Assembly (NCBI GenBank): GCA_002269645.1
Contig: NIVC01002034.1
Coordinates: 62,001 to 126,000, forward strand
Length of the DNA stretch: 64,000 nucleotides
Origin: Macrostomum lignano
Taxonomy: Eukaryota
Direction of reading: 5' to 3'
The first letter of the stretch is position 1; each line of letters begins with the position of its first letter. A model generated the notes under the pieces. The model did no database searches. It was given only the letters and a program-made list of their open reading frames with translations, and had not been told where the DNA came from. Below are positions 11,166 through 24,000 of this stretch, one piece after another. The translations under genes and the position numbers were made by a program.

Positions 11166-11182
11166 TCTCGGTGGGACCTCCA
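11166..11182 (-). other. Primer binding site complementary to the 3' end of tRNA-Gln
   Basis: The plus strand reads TCTCGGTGGGACCTCCA, matching the 3' 17 nt (including CCA) of metazoan tRNA-Gln as I recall it. It lies 6 nt inside the 5' LTR boundary. Confidence 0.8.
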
Positions 11183-11188
11183 AAATAA

Positions 11189-11633
11189 TGTGACGCGACC
11201 CTTCTTGTTCGGTGCTGACGGCTATGCACTTATCAATAAATGAGTCTACGTAACAAGAAAGTTTAGAATTTTAACTTCGACTGATTGTATTTAACCGTAT
11301 TATATTATTTATTTGAAGACAGGAGTTAACTGTTGCTGTTAAATTATTGGTAGTAAGTACTAAGTATGGCGAATAGGCACAACGCGGCGGACAAACCAGT
11401 AACCAGCAGCACACACGAGCCCAGCGAGGTACAAGAACACTAGAGAACAAAAATTCGATATAACCCACTTTTAAATAATGCAATACCCGTATTTCTATGA
11501 ATGATACAGTAAAACAAATTTTATGTATAGAACAAATTTAAGATTTGTTTAATAAATAGTAGTTAGATTAATATAACACTAAAAAACATTAATAACACTA
11601 AAATTATAAAAAATAAATATCAATATCGTTACA
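11189..11633 (-). repeat. 5' LTR of the Gypsy element (445 bp)
   Basis: TG...CA ends, adjacent PBS, and outer flank TATA equal to the TSD. Confidence 0.95.
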
Positions 11634-12024
11634 TATACATATTTTAAACTCGTGGTTTACACTACATTTTTGCTAACATTTGTTATTTTATTCTATCCTA
11701 TGCCTCAGCTGATATTAACCTACTTTTTAAATAATCGAAAGGAATTAAAATTGAATCCACGAGACCTGTGTAACTTGTCTAAGCTGCTCTATCTGCCCAT
11801 GTCCCTACTGGGTGCTCAACTGGGTACTGAGAATAAAACCTTTTTATATTATTATTTATCAAAAAACTAAAGCTTGGTGTAGGCCTACTGACAATTTATA
11901 TACTATGAGATAACCAGGATTGATAGCTTTAGTATAAGGCATTGTTATTGATGTGATGATGCTTTAATTAATAATAAACTAAATTGTATTTCTTCTGCTA
12001 GCAGCCTTATTGCAAAAAGACACA

Positions 12025-15000
12025 ATGAATTCATTCTGGAACTTTTCCCTGCATGATGGGCTCAAAAAAAGAGTTTGTCGATATCTTTTACAGCATTATC
12101 TTGGAACTTTTTTAGCAAAGAAAATATCGCTTGATCAACTTACTGTGGACATCACAAAAGGCAGAGGAATAGTCAATAATATTGAATTAGATGTGCAGGT
12201 AAGACTCGAGAGTTTCTATCTTTAGTTTAAATATTGATCTTTACTGTTTTAAACATTGTTAAAACTTGATTATATATATTAGCTATTGGTAATGATAATG
12301 GCTAGGGTTCCAGCAGTCTTCTGCAAGCAGTTATCTACTAATGAAATCTTGAACATTATAAGTATCATGATTTGAATCTCATTATTTCATTTTGATCTTA
12401 TCTTAAACAAAATCTAAATAAGACTTATTCAAAAATAAAATATTTCAGCTATATTATACCCATAAATTGCACTACTGAAATACCATTGCCAGATCCATAG
12501 CCATAGAAAATGGATTCCAGTGTTAGAATTCTAGTTATTGCCTTAGCTATTAAATACAAAAGTAGGCTAGCCAAAGATCAACTTTCCTAATGGCTAATAC
12601 TTTATGATTAAGATAGACTTATTTATTTAAGATTAATTTAAATTGTATTATAATAAAATTAGCAATCTTTTAGATGACAATCATTGCTTATTAATTTCTT
12701 TAGTTTTGCCTAAGTAAATAATCACAATTGAAATTTGTCTCTATTTTCTGTTTAAATAAAATAAACCACAATGTTTATATTATAAGTCTATAAATAGCCA
12801 GCCTAACCTATATCTAATCAGTTTCAGAAGATGAATCATTTCAATTTAGGCCAGGCTAATTTTTGCATAAGAATAATCATATTGTAAAACTACAAAAACA
12901 TTAAAGATTTTTTATAGTTTAATATATATGAAATAAATTTCTATTTGAAGAAAAGCATTTAAAAACATTAAAGCTTAATCCAATAGACATTATTTGGGTA
13001 TTATTATATCAGGTTATTTACTATTCTTCTAAAGAATATTCTTTAAGAATAAACGTTATACTTTTAGTTAACAATTATTTGTATATATTAATAACTAATA
13101 TTCTGCTATAAGAAGGGTCCATATACCATAGCTATAAGCAAAACTTTGGCTTATTCCCAGTGTTGGGCAAGTTACTCAAAAAAGTAACTTGCATTACTAT
13201 AACTTAAGTTACCACTTTTTAAAAAGTAACTTATGTTAGTCTAGTAACTTTATTCAAAAACCCAGTAACTTTTAAGTTACTTCCGTTACTTACTTCTATT
13301 ACCTATGTTATTAACAAAATTTTCTGCTTTTTTAACATTGCAAATGCGCAGGAACAGCACAAATGATCACAAAAGCCAGGAGGAAGAATACAACAACATT
13401 AATTTCAGTAACTTAAATTTTAATCACTTTAGGCCCTTTCTGTAAAAAGAAGAGAAGCTGAAAGTCAGAAACATTAAAGGCAAAATGCAAATTTAATGGA
13501 ATTTTAATTTAATATTAACATTAATATTAATGTTATTAATAGCAATAATAACATTATAATTTATAACACATTGCTCGTAATAAGTACCTGGCTTTACTTC
13601 ACTCTATAGTCTGCTTTTACTAGTCTTTATTTATTTTTAATTATTATCATTAATATTAAATTATTGTGCAGTACAGTGCCAGTGGACTTTAGTAGTGTAG
13701 CCAGGCAGGCCACCCCAACAATTGCCACCCCAATTGCAACTTCACCTCACCTGCAAGACACCCCACCTGGGGGGTGGGGTTAGGCATGGCGGGTACCAAA
13801 AACCATGAGGCGATTGAGTGCCTGCGGTGCTTAAATGAGTACGTGCGGCGCTTAAATGAGTGCTTGTGGCGCTAAAATAAGTGCCTGTGGCACTAAAAGT
13901 GGCAATGGCATGAGGCATGGCCAGCCAGGCCAACCTGCCCCCCCCTCCCCCAATTAAAATTCCTGGCTACATCAATTCACTGAGTGGACTTGTGGAGACT
14001 ATAGATAAATTTATTTCTTTAGTTGTTTGTTTCTAAGAACTCAACAAAATATTTTAATTAACTTAATAATGAAAAGCAAAAATATTTTACCAAAATTAAC
14101 AAAGTAAAAACATGTTTAAAGTATTTCTTTATTAATTATAATGTAATACCATATGATATTATTCACTTAGTTTTGAATTTAGGAATGAAAAATGCTAAAA
14201 ATGTGACAACTGGTGTAATAGCTAAGCATATCAGTTTTAAATATAAATATTGCAATTGTTGCAAAGTAATTGTAACGGACTTCTGAAATTTGAGTAACTT
14301 ACCATTACTCCGTTACCAAAATAGGAAAGTAACTTGCGTAAGGAACACTTTATGAAAAAGTAACTTGCGTTACCATTTACAAGTTACTTAGTAACGGAAG
14401 TGCCTAACACTGCTTATTCCAATTCTCCATATTCTATATTCCCATAGAGATCCCGAAATTACTATATTCCCATAGTTCCTATAGCCATAGTCATAGTTTT
14501 AAAAAAAAGTCTAGAAGACAAAATATCTATGGACAATCTATAAGACAAAATATTAGATAACCTAGTGCTTAAACAACTACAAATTAAGTTAGAAAATAAA
14601 AGAATACTCAATTGCTTTTGTAAGAAAATATTTTGTCTTTTTTTCAGAGCAACAATACTTAATCATTACTGAAAGTACTAATGCTAAACTTTTTTTACAT
14701 TAATCAAAATTAGAGTTTGTTTGTGTTTTATTATATTTTTTAAAGTATATTTTATAAGTTTCTAGGTTGATAATAAAATTTACTAAAAGTATCTTTGTTT
14801 TACTCTACCTGTTTTTAATATTTTTTCAATTTTTTAATATTAATATTATGGCAATGGGATTCCAGTAAAGTCGCTCACTTGGTGAGAAGAATAAATACAG
14901 TAGTAGTAGTAAATTTGGCTCAGGCTTGAGGAGCCTGTTTTGCCAGTATAAACCGATGTATTTAGTATTTGTTCAAAAGGTTAAAATTTTACATGAGTTA

Positions 15001-18000
15001 CAATACGAGTTACGATATTTGTAAAGTAAAGTATTTGAAAGAGCGTCTAGAATTTTTTTTCTTTTTTTTAAAAACGGTTTTCCAGTCGATTAACAACTAA
15101 CGACAGAAAAAAAAGATTCTAAGTAGGGAAAAATAAAAAATCAATTTCGTACATGTATATATATATGACCTTAAAGCAAAATGATTCTTCTAGAATGCGA
15201 TTCAGAAAAGGTAGTTAGATGTTAACAAGTATAGCAGATATCGAGCATAATTAAGGATTGCTCTCAATAATAGGCGATTTTTGTAATTTTTGAAAGCGCG
15301 TGATATTTCAAAGCGTGAGAAACGAGCATAAACACACTTTGAGCGAACTTAATGTCTAATGATTAACAACAATTTAAATAGGAATTTAAAAAAGACAGTA
15401 AATGAATAAATAACTGGTAAGCAGATTTGTTACATTGCTAATGCATCTGATTCAGTTTGTTTAACTGCTTTAGCTATTCATGACTTCATATATTTTAGCT
15501 ACACCAGTGAGCTCTCTTCTGACTCTTTTTTCATTTGTAGCATAGCCTATCTTGTGTATTTATTTGTCATTTAAAAGGTGTTGACAGGGGTATTTTTTCT
15601 GATCTCTTCAGTTTGTGGGCATTCGGTCAAGTAGTGTAGGATGTCAGAGCCATTTCTCGCTCCACACATTTTACATGGTTCTTGAGAAAAAAAGTTGGGT
15701 ATAATCTCGCATTTCAGTTTTAGGAGGGTTGTTAGGAATTTTTTGTTTCTAAATGTGCATGGAAAGTAATCTGAAAGGTCGGGCCTGCAGATTTTTTTGT
15801 AGAGATAAGCGTTTTTGTAGAATTTAATATGTTGCTGATTCTCTAGTTTTTGGCTAAGTTCTCTTTCTCTGTGTATCTTAAGGTGCTTTTTCACCAGGTA
15901 TTTCTCGTTATTAAAGCTTTGGGAAACCTTATAGTCTTCAGTTAGTGTTTTTAGTTCTATACTTTCCAGTTTCTTTAGTACATTCATTTTCCATGGATTT
16001 TTTTGGCTGGTGTTTGAGTGGAAAATTTCTAGTGTCATTTGGCAGAGTTTTTTGTGTCTAATCTTCAGCCAGTAAGTAAGGTAGGTTTTAGCAATTCGTT
16101 GAGAGATTGGAGTAAGCTCAAGTTCTGATGATATCACACTGTTGCTAGCAAATTTTGGTAGATTGAGGAGGTATTTATAGAATTTCAGCTGAATGTTATC
16201 AATAGCTTTTGTGTCAGACATGGTAGCCAAAGGGCCCCAGAGCTCACAACCGTAAGTGATAATGGGAGTAACAAGCATGTTGAATAGTCTGCGAATAAAT
16301 GTGATGTCCAGGGACGTATTCTTTACCTTATGGAGTAGGGAAAACATAGCTGTATATCCCTGCTTGGTTTGGTGTTCAATACATTTTTTGAAGCTGTTTT
16401 TTGGTTTAAAAATAATTCCTAGGTATTTAAATTCATTTACTTCCTCTATTTCTTGGTTGTCATAGTATATTTTTGTAGCCAAGCTTTCTGTGTCATTTTT
16501 TTGTCTGGTATTGCCCTGCATAAACTTTGTTTTGCTTGCATTTACTTTCAAGTAATTTTGCTTGCAGTAATTTTCCATAGTTGTAAATGTGTCTTGAAGT
16601 TTGTCTTTGTTTTTAGCTAGAATGGCTTGATTGTCTGCAAAGAGTAGGATGAGTGGGAAAGCAGATCTCGTAAGAGAGCGCCTAGCACTAGAGAGTTCAA
16701 GATATTCAACAATGTCGTCAATATATAGTTCAAAAAGGATAGTAGAGAGAAGGTTGCCTTAAAGAACACCTTTAGATATTGGGATTGGCTGGGTTTCATC
16801 ATCATCACCATCTTTTTTTAGAATGAAGCAGGCATTTTTATGCATGTTCTTTATAAGTTCTGTCATTTGACCTTTAATACCCTGGTTGTCCGTTTTGTGC
16901 CAAAGGGTTGGTTGATTTAAGCTATTGAAGGCTTTTTCATAGTCAACAAAACCAATAAAGAGTTCTTCTTTGTTGTAAATGGATTGGTTTATAATGTTGT
17001 AAAGATTAAAACATTGGTTGATTGTGCTGTGATTGGGCTTGAAACCGTATTGGTATTTTGATATAAGATTGTTTGCGTATGCTAGGTTTTGAGTCTGGAT
17101 TTAATAATTTGGCAAAAGAGCTTGCCAGGAATTGGTTGAATGCAGATTCCTCTGTAATTGTTGGGGTCGGCACTGCTGCCTTTGTTTTTATAAATCGGAT
17201 GAAGTGTATTTGTTATCCAACTAGTCGGGAAGGTTCCTTGTTTGAGTGCTTCATTGAAAAGTGAGCATAGAAGGTCAGCAAGTTTGTTATCGAGGTATTT
17301 GAGTGTTTCTACATATACTTTATCGTGCCTAGGTGCTTTGTCGGTTTTGAGCTTTTTAATATGTTTTATAACTTCTTCTTTGGTGAATGGGGCATTGAAA
17401 GCTTCTAAATCAGTCAGAGTAGGGTTGCCAAGGTGAAGATTGTATGATAGCCTAATGTTGCTGTCTTGTTCAGTTACAAGATTTTGGAAGTGTATGACAA
17501 ATTTTTCATCAATTGTTACTCTGTTGTTAGAGGGATTTGTTGTTTTTAATAGGTTCCAAAGTTGTTTTTTGTATCATTTTGAATAAAGGCCTATTGATCA
17601 TGTTGTCTGCACAGAGAGTTGTTTCAAGTTTCCATGAAGTGAGCTTTTTTTCGTATGTTTTTTTTGAGTTGCATTTTGCTTGAGAGGTTGCTACTCGTGG
17701 GGAACATTTTATACCTTCTGCTGGCATGCCTAGCGGCATTTCTCAGGTCTTTAAGAAATTGTGATAATGCTGAACAGAGAGGGTTTTTTGTTTCAACTGT
17801 GATTTTACTTTGGATTTGCCAAACTTTCTTGCTTAAATTATAGATAAAAGCTGGGTTTTGCATGTCAAGGTTTGGAATTTTATTCTCCAGAACTTTTAGA
17901 TCATCTGAGAAGCAATTGATTTGTTTTTCTTGTTGTGGTGTGGGTTTATCTAGTTTTTTTAGTATCCTAAATTTTCTTCTATGGTTATTGGTTGCTTGTT

Positions 18001-21000
18001 TTGTTTCTGTAATCTCTGCTATGAATTTACATGATAATGAAAGTACAACTTGATTGTGGTCACTAAGGTAAGTATGGTTTCTTACTTTAAAGTCTTCAAA
18101 GTGTTCAAGTAAGTTGCTAGAGACAAAACAGAGGTCAATTACAGATGACCAGTTTTGGAGATAAAGGTAAGTGATCCAGTTGCATCAGATGGAGATCTAC
18201 CATTGATTATATGCAAGTATATGAGTTAGTGATTTGGTTTAATAATCTACCACTTTTACAGGTTTTTTTGTCTTGGCTTTGCCTATAGAGTGGGATATTT
18301 TTTGCCTTTAAAGTGCTTATTCCATGCAAATCTATATAAGCAGTATTGTAAATATGTGCATTAAAATCTCCCACCAGGATTATGTTTTCTTCAGAATAAT
18401 GTGCATCAAGTATTAGTGTTAAATGTTCCTAAGACTCTTCTTCATAGTATTTTGAAGATGGTGGTATGTAAGAGTTAATAACAGTGAAATTTTTGCTTTT
18501 GTCCTTTTTGTTTTTAAAGTTTAATGTCAAAAAATTGTTAAAGTTTTTGAATGATTCAGTCACATTGAAATGTGACTCTAGTGATTTTTTATAAGCAGTC
18601 AGTAGGCCACCAGATGCCCTACCAATAAAACTGCTTCCTTTTTTGTTTGCAGACTTTTGGAATGTTGTGTAATTGTCATGAAATTTGTCAGTGCTGAGAA
18701 GCCTATCATTACTTTTTGTATCAATTATCCAAGTTTCTTGAAGGCAGATAATATTGTGCTTAAAAATTGGCTCAGCTTCTAATAATTCAAGTTTGGGAAT
18801 CATCACTGAGTCTTTTATGGTATAGAGTCCTGTAATATTCCAGCTGCTAATGGTGAAATTTTGTTTAATCTTTTTAATATTAAGTTCAGAGAGTTTTGAT
18901 TTAGTATTTTGAGATATTTTATGTTCCTTAGAGTGATACTATTCTTAATTGAGATGAGGTAATCTCTAGTATATTGTATCCGCTTCTTCTTTGTCCTATT
19001 AGCATCAGTAGATTTATTGATGTAACTATTATCAAAAAGGTCAAAAGTTGATGAAGTTCAAAAAGTTTTGATGAAGGGGACTCCCTTCTTATAGGCAATA
19101 CGGATGTTACTCTCACCATCTTCTTTCCGTTTTTTAGCTCTTTAATGACCTTCTGCTTGTACGCTCGTTCCTTCTCTGTTAGGTCGTTCTCTATTCTGAC
19201 TCTTTGGTAAGCAGAGCCAGTTTCCCGCAGGTTTTTTAGGTTGCCAAAAAAGCTGCTTTATCGCTTTCATTTACAAGGCGGACAACCAGGGGCCTTGGCC
19301 GATTGCTAAACGGTTGTTCACGGCCAATTCGTTTGGTGGCAATAATTGGCACTGTTGATGGGGTGATCTTCAGTCCATCTCGCAGCAGGTTCTCAAACTC
19401 CTCCGTTTCTTGTAATCCAAAAATTATTATATTATTTTTTTTTCACATTTCGCTGATTCACTTCTTCCACAATCTCATCGAAGCTTATGTCATACGTTAT
19501 TGTTTGCTTGCCATTTTCGATCGACTCGAGCTCGGCAATGCGTTCTTCCAGCACTTCCAGTTTAGCGTTGACAGCTTTTAATTGCTCTATGTTGTTGATG
19601 AGCGCCCGCGCGTGCACTTTACAGTTGCGACAGGTCCAGATGAGCCCACTGTCGCAAGGGCCGTTAGCGATCGCAGTGAAGACAGGCTTCGCCAGTCCAG
19701 AGCAGGCCTGGTGGCACCAGCGGTGGCAGCTCTCGCACTCGATGCCCTCGTGGACTTCAACGTTGCAAGCATGACAGCTACTGTCTTCGGTCTCTCGTCG
19801 TGATTTGGATCGCGGTGGAAGGGATGCACCTGTCGGTGAAGCATCGTGGACTTCCGTGTCGTTTTTTCGTTTGCTTTTTTGCGACATATCGTTGTGTCAA
19901 AGGTAGATAATTTAAAAGTTTAGTAAAGTTTGCGTATAAAATATAAAGCTCAATATCAACATTTGAATATGATTGCAATTTTTAACAACTTCGACGCATT
20001 TTGCACTCCATGGTACATCGTCAAGATTTTATTAGAACAATTTGAGAGAGTAAGATTGAGAACAATTGATTAAATATTGGTTTTAGCAATGTATACAAGT
20101 AGGAAGGGTAAGATTGAAAACAGTTGATTAAAACTTGGCTTTAACAAAGTACATAGGTAGGTAGAGGAGAAAATTATAGATTGAGATTGAAAATTAAACT
20201 ATATGTACACAATTCTTGTCCAGTGGTCAAAAAGCAGAGTCAGGGGTAGTAGCTTAAATAATTGAACATCAAGGTAAGTGTACACAGTGTACACGACTGT
20301 GTCACTCACTGGTCAAAAAACATGGAAAATGTGACTTGCACCACTATGTTGTAATTGGGTATTGAGATTCGGGGTCTGAGCTTTTATGTGCGGGGCCTCG
20401 AGAATTTTAAGTTTGGTAAAGGAAGACTTTAGTGGAAAGGGTTCTTTTACTGTAGTCAATGTCAATGTCCAGGAAGGGTAGTCTTTGATCAACAGCATGT
20501 TCAACTGTAAATGTTATGTTCTTATAAGTGGAGTTGAGAGCGTGGAGGAACTAATCAATTTTTTGCTCCTAATCAAAGATGGCAAACATATTGTCAACAT
20601 AGATCTAGCTGAGATTCTTATGGCTATGGGAATCTACAGAATATGACAGCAATTACCATATCTGTAGCTGCCATAGACACCTATTTTACTATATTTGCCA
20701 TAGGATCCCATAGCTGTAGCTACAGCTACAGCAAAACACTATTAATAACATTGAAGTTATTGTTTTCCAAAATGGAAGGGGATATACTATACTTTGTTTT
20801 GTTAGCCACTATTCTTTTCATAGATAATGGATAGAGTTCTAGCATTAGAAACTATTATTTTATGATTATATATCATATATATGATATATATATATATATG
20901 ACTACAATCCCCTTTATTTATATTGGCCATATAACCTTCTTTTTGACCAAAATGTACTTACCTATTAAAGAATATCTAAAGCAAAAATTGATGCAAAATT

Positions 21001-24000
21001 GAATAAATAGCAGGAGTAATTATAACTGTCTTATTAAGCTAAATGTCTTATCATCTAATTAGTACCATATTTATAATATTTTTGATAGGCTTTTTATGAT
21101 CTACCCCTAATCTACCACAATTTACAATGACCAGATTGGCTAGGTCAGTTAATATTTGCACATGTAATAATCGCTGCTATAAATGGGGGGGGCAATCTTG
21201 CAAGTAGTTATCTATTAATGAAGTCTTTGAACATTAGAAGTTTCTTGTTTTTAATCTTACCATTTTGTTTTGATCTTATCTTGAACAAAATCCCAATATC
21301 AACTACCCATTAGAAAAGTAAAATGTTTTTTCTATATTATACTTAAATTGTATTATTAGAATACCATTGCTAGATCCATAGCCATTAGAAAATGGGTACC
21401 AAGGCTAGAACTCTAGCAATTGCCCTCGTTCTTGCATGTAGTATACTACATGCATAGAATTGAAGCTAAGGCCTCTATGCAATAGGCCAGGGCCCATTTT
21501 AGTTGAGATACTATTTGCAAGTGGTTGTAGGCTCAGTGTGACTTTTTCTAAAGAATAGTTATTTAGTTATATTTTTGGAATATGATCATTTAATGCAGTT
21601 TTTATATTTAAATAATTATCATCAAAAACTGATATAATACACAATTAGTGCTAATTTGTAGAAGTGCTAAATTCATTCATTAAATTCATTCTTTTGTTGC
21701 AAGCAGACTTCGTGTTGGTGATTCATCAGCTCAAGAATGCACTAGCCATTCCTAAATCATCTGAGGCTGGTGCCCACATCTCAGCATCTGTAGCTGACAT
21801 TGGTTCTGCGCACTCTGTCTTATGCTGCTTAGTGCTTTGTTATTTTTTTATCTTTAATCTATGGCTAAACCTTCAAAGCTTGCAAGGAATAGTTAATCAA
21901 AACTCAGAAACAGCAGCGATATTTTTCTGATCAATTTTTCTAAAAATCAGCTGCAATTTCACCACTGAGGTCCAGATTTGGTGTTATTCAAAAATTGTAT
22001 TGCTAATTTGTAGGTTCATCAGTAAATTATCGATTTTTTTCTTTTAACCTGATTAAGCTGAAACTTTAGCACTGAATTCATTACATATTGGCCCATGTGT
22101 GTGCAATTTTTCATAAAAATCGATTGAACAGATGCAGAGATATTAGGGGTGTCTAAGAACTTTTTGGACGCACTAAGGTAACTGAGCTTTTCTCTAGAAA
22201 AAGACAGTTAATGCCTAAAGTTTAAATTCTTCTAAACCTAGCTAAAGTTTAAATTCTTCCTTTTCCATTTTTAATGACAAGGTAATTGCACTTGCTGGCC
22301 TTGTAATCTTTTCATTAATTATATGGTTATGGTTAGTATCCAGGTACTCAACAAGTTGCAGAAGAACTTTCTTTTGTCCTTGTTGAGCCATAAATCTATT
22401 TCCTCTAAGCATTAAGAACCCTGACCAAATTCTCACTATGGCTTCCACTCACTCCAGGTTGCCGAGCAGCAAGTCTAGCATGTGCTAAAACTCAGCTAGC
22501 ATAGTTATTACCAATTCATACCAAGTGGCATATGAATCAGCTGGCATAGGCCTGGCTACATGTTGATGGCCAGGAAGGTCCTGTTATGCTCAGGCTGGCA
22601 GCTGCAGGAAGGCATTTAACATGTCTAGCTTGGACCATTTGCAGCCACCAACTAGCTTGACAAACAGGTCCTTGATGCACAGTAGTAGGTACAGCTCTGG
22701 TCTAGCCACTGCATTTGTAAGCCAGTGTGTTGTTGCTGCAGATGTTAAGTGAGATGCTGACTATGTTCTCACTTACTAAGCGTTTCCTGATTTCACTGAT
22801 CAGGAGTTTACCTAACTGGGCTTCCACTGACTGAGATTCCACTCCGTGGAATTTTACTCTCCTGGCCCTGTTGTCCGCCAACTCTATACCTAGAAGTAGA
22901 TATGACTACATAGTTTGCATGCACTATTAAATTAAGTTATTTAATTTTAAATTGCAGACTTGTATTTTTTATTATTACAAAAAACTAGTTTGTTATACGA
23001 CAATTTGCATAACAAAAACTCAAAACTTATTAATGTACTCGTACATACATACGTTAGGATAGTTCTTTGTGGCAAGCCGGCGGACTGTTCTAGTCATAGT
23101 TGAGCTGCTGTAGCTGTTAGCAGAGCTGCTGCTGTTGTACTGGTGCTCTCCTAGATGCCTCGCTAGATATTCTCACATAATTTTGCCCATGGGTTTTGTT
23201 TCTAACATATTGCCTATTCAATTAACTATGTGGATTGTGGACCTTTTATGCATATGAACCTACGATAAATAGTATTTTTTATTGTAAGCTCTACATTTAA
23301 TGCATTTTTTTCTATTCTATTTTGATATTTATAATATCAATGTACAAAAACTTGTTTGTAAAATTGCTGCAGATCTACAGATCAATTTGTTAACCTTTTT
23401 TGCCAGAGTCTCAATGAGGTGTTTCGCAACCAGAACATACCTCTGGAGATGGCCGAGGGTATTGTCGAGGAGATCAGCGTGTCCATTCCGTGGTCCGCGC
23501 TGGTGTCAGAGCCATCAGTTGTTGAGGTCCGCGGGCTTCGCGTGACTCTGTCTCCCAGCAACCGGGTAGACGCCATGGTTTCCAGCCAACTGCTAGACTC
23601 CATGCTGGGCAGCATGGTCACCAGCATGCAAGTGGCCGAGACCTGCGTTCGGGAGACGCCAGAAGAGAAGCAGAGCGGTACCGAAGGCGTTCAGCGCATC
23701 GCCAACACAATTGATACAGTGCTGTCCAAAATCCGCGTCACACTGATAGACAGCCGGATCACCCTGGTGTGCCGAAGATTAGACAAGTCAGTATCCCTGC
23801 AGGTGCGAATCGGTCAGGCTGAGTACTTCGACACGGCTGAGGCCCCCAGCAACGTCCCGACACCTTCAGACCAGCCTAGTAGCTTCTCAAATCTGCTTCT
23901 GTATAAAAGTCTTCGACTGAGTGGCTTGGCTCTGTACCTTGACGATGCTCCAGTTGGTGACTTCAACGTATCGGGGCCGCCGACACCGAAAAAATTCAGC

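Larger units (their letters stand above)
2842..11633 (-). mobile_element. Full-length Ty3/Gypsy LTR retrotransposon (gag, CSD, PR, RT, RH, IN), decayed copy
   Basis: Two TG...CA LTRs (2842-3279 and 11189-11633), 4-bp TSD TATA (2838-2841 and 11634-11637), PBS and PPT in the expected positions, and domain order PR-RT-RH-IN. Confidence 0.97.
14897..20010 (-). mobile_element. Near full-length inactive LINE (CR1/RTEX-like) with PHD-finger ORF1, in ATG2 intron 1
   Basis: ORF1 at about 19000-19887. ORF2 at about 15571-18850 with endonuclease IICLQETW, RT GVL*G (TAA 16759-16761), LFADN and YLGIIF. Probable (TAC)n tail near 14900. No TSD found, so the ends are approximate. Confidence 0.85.
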
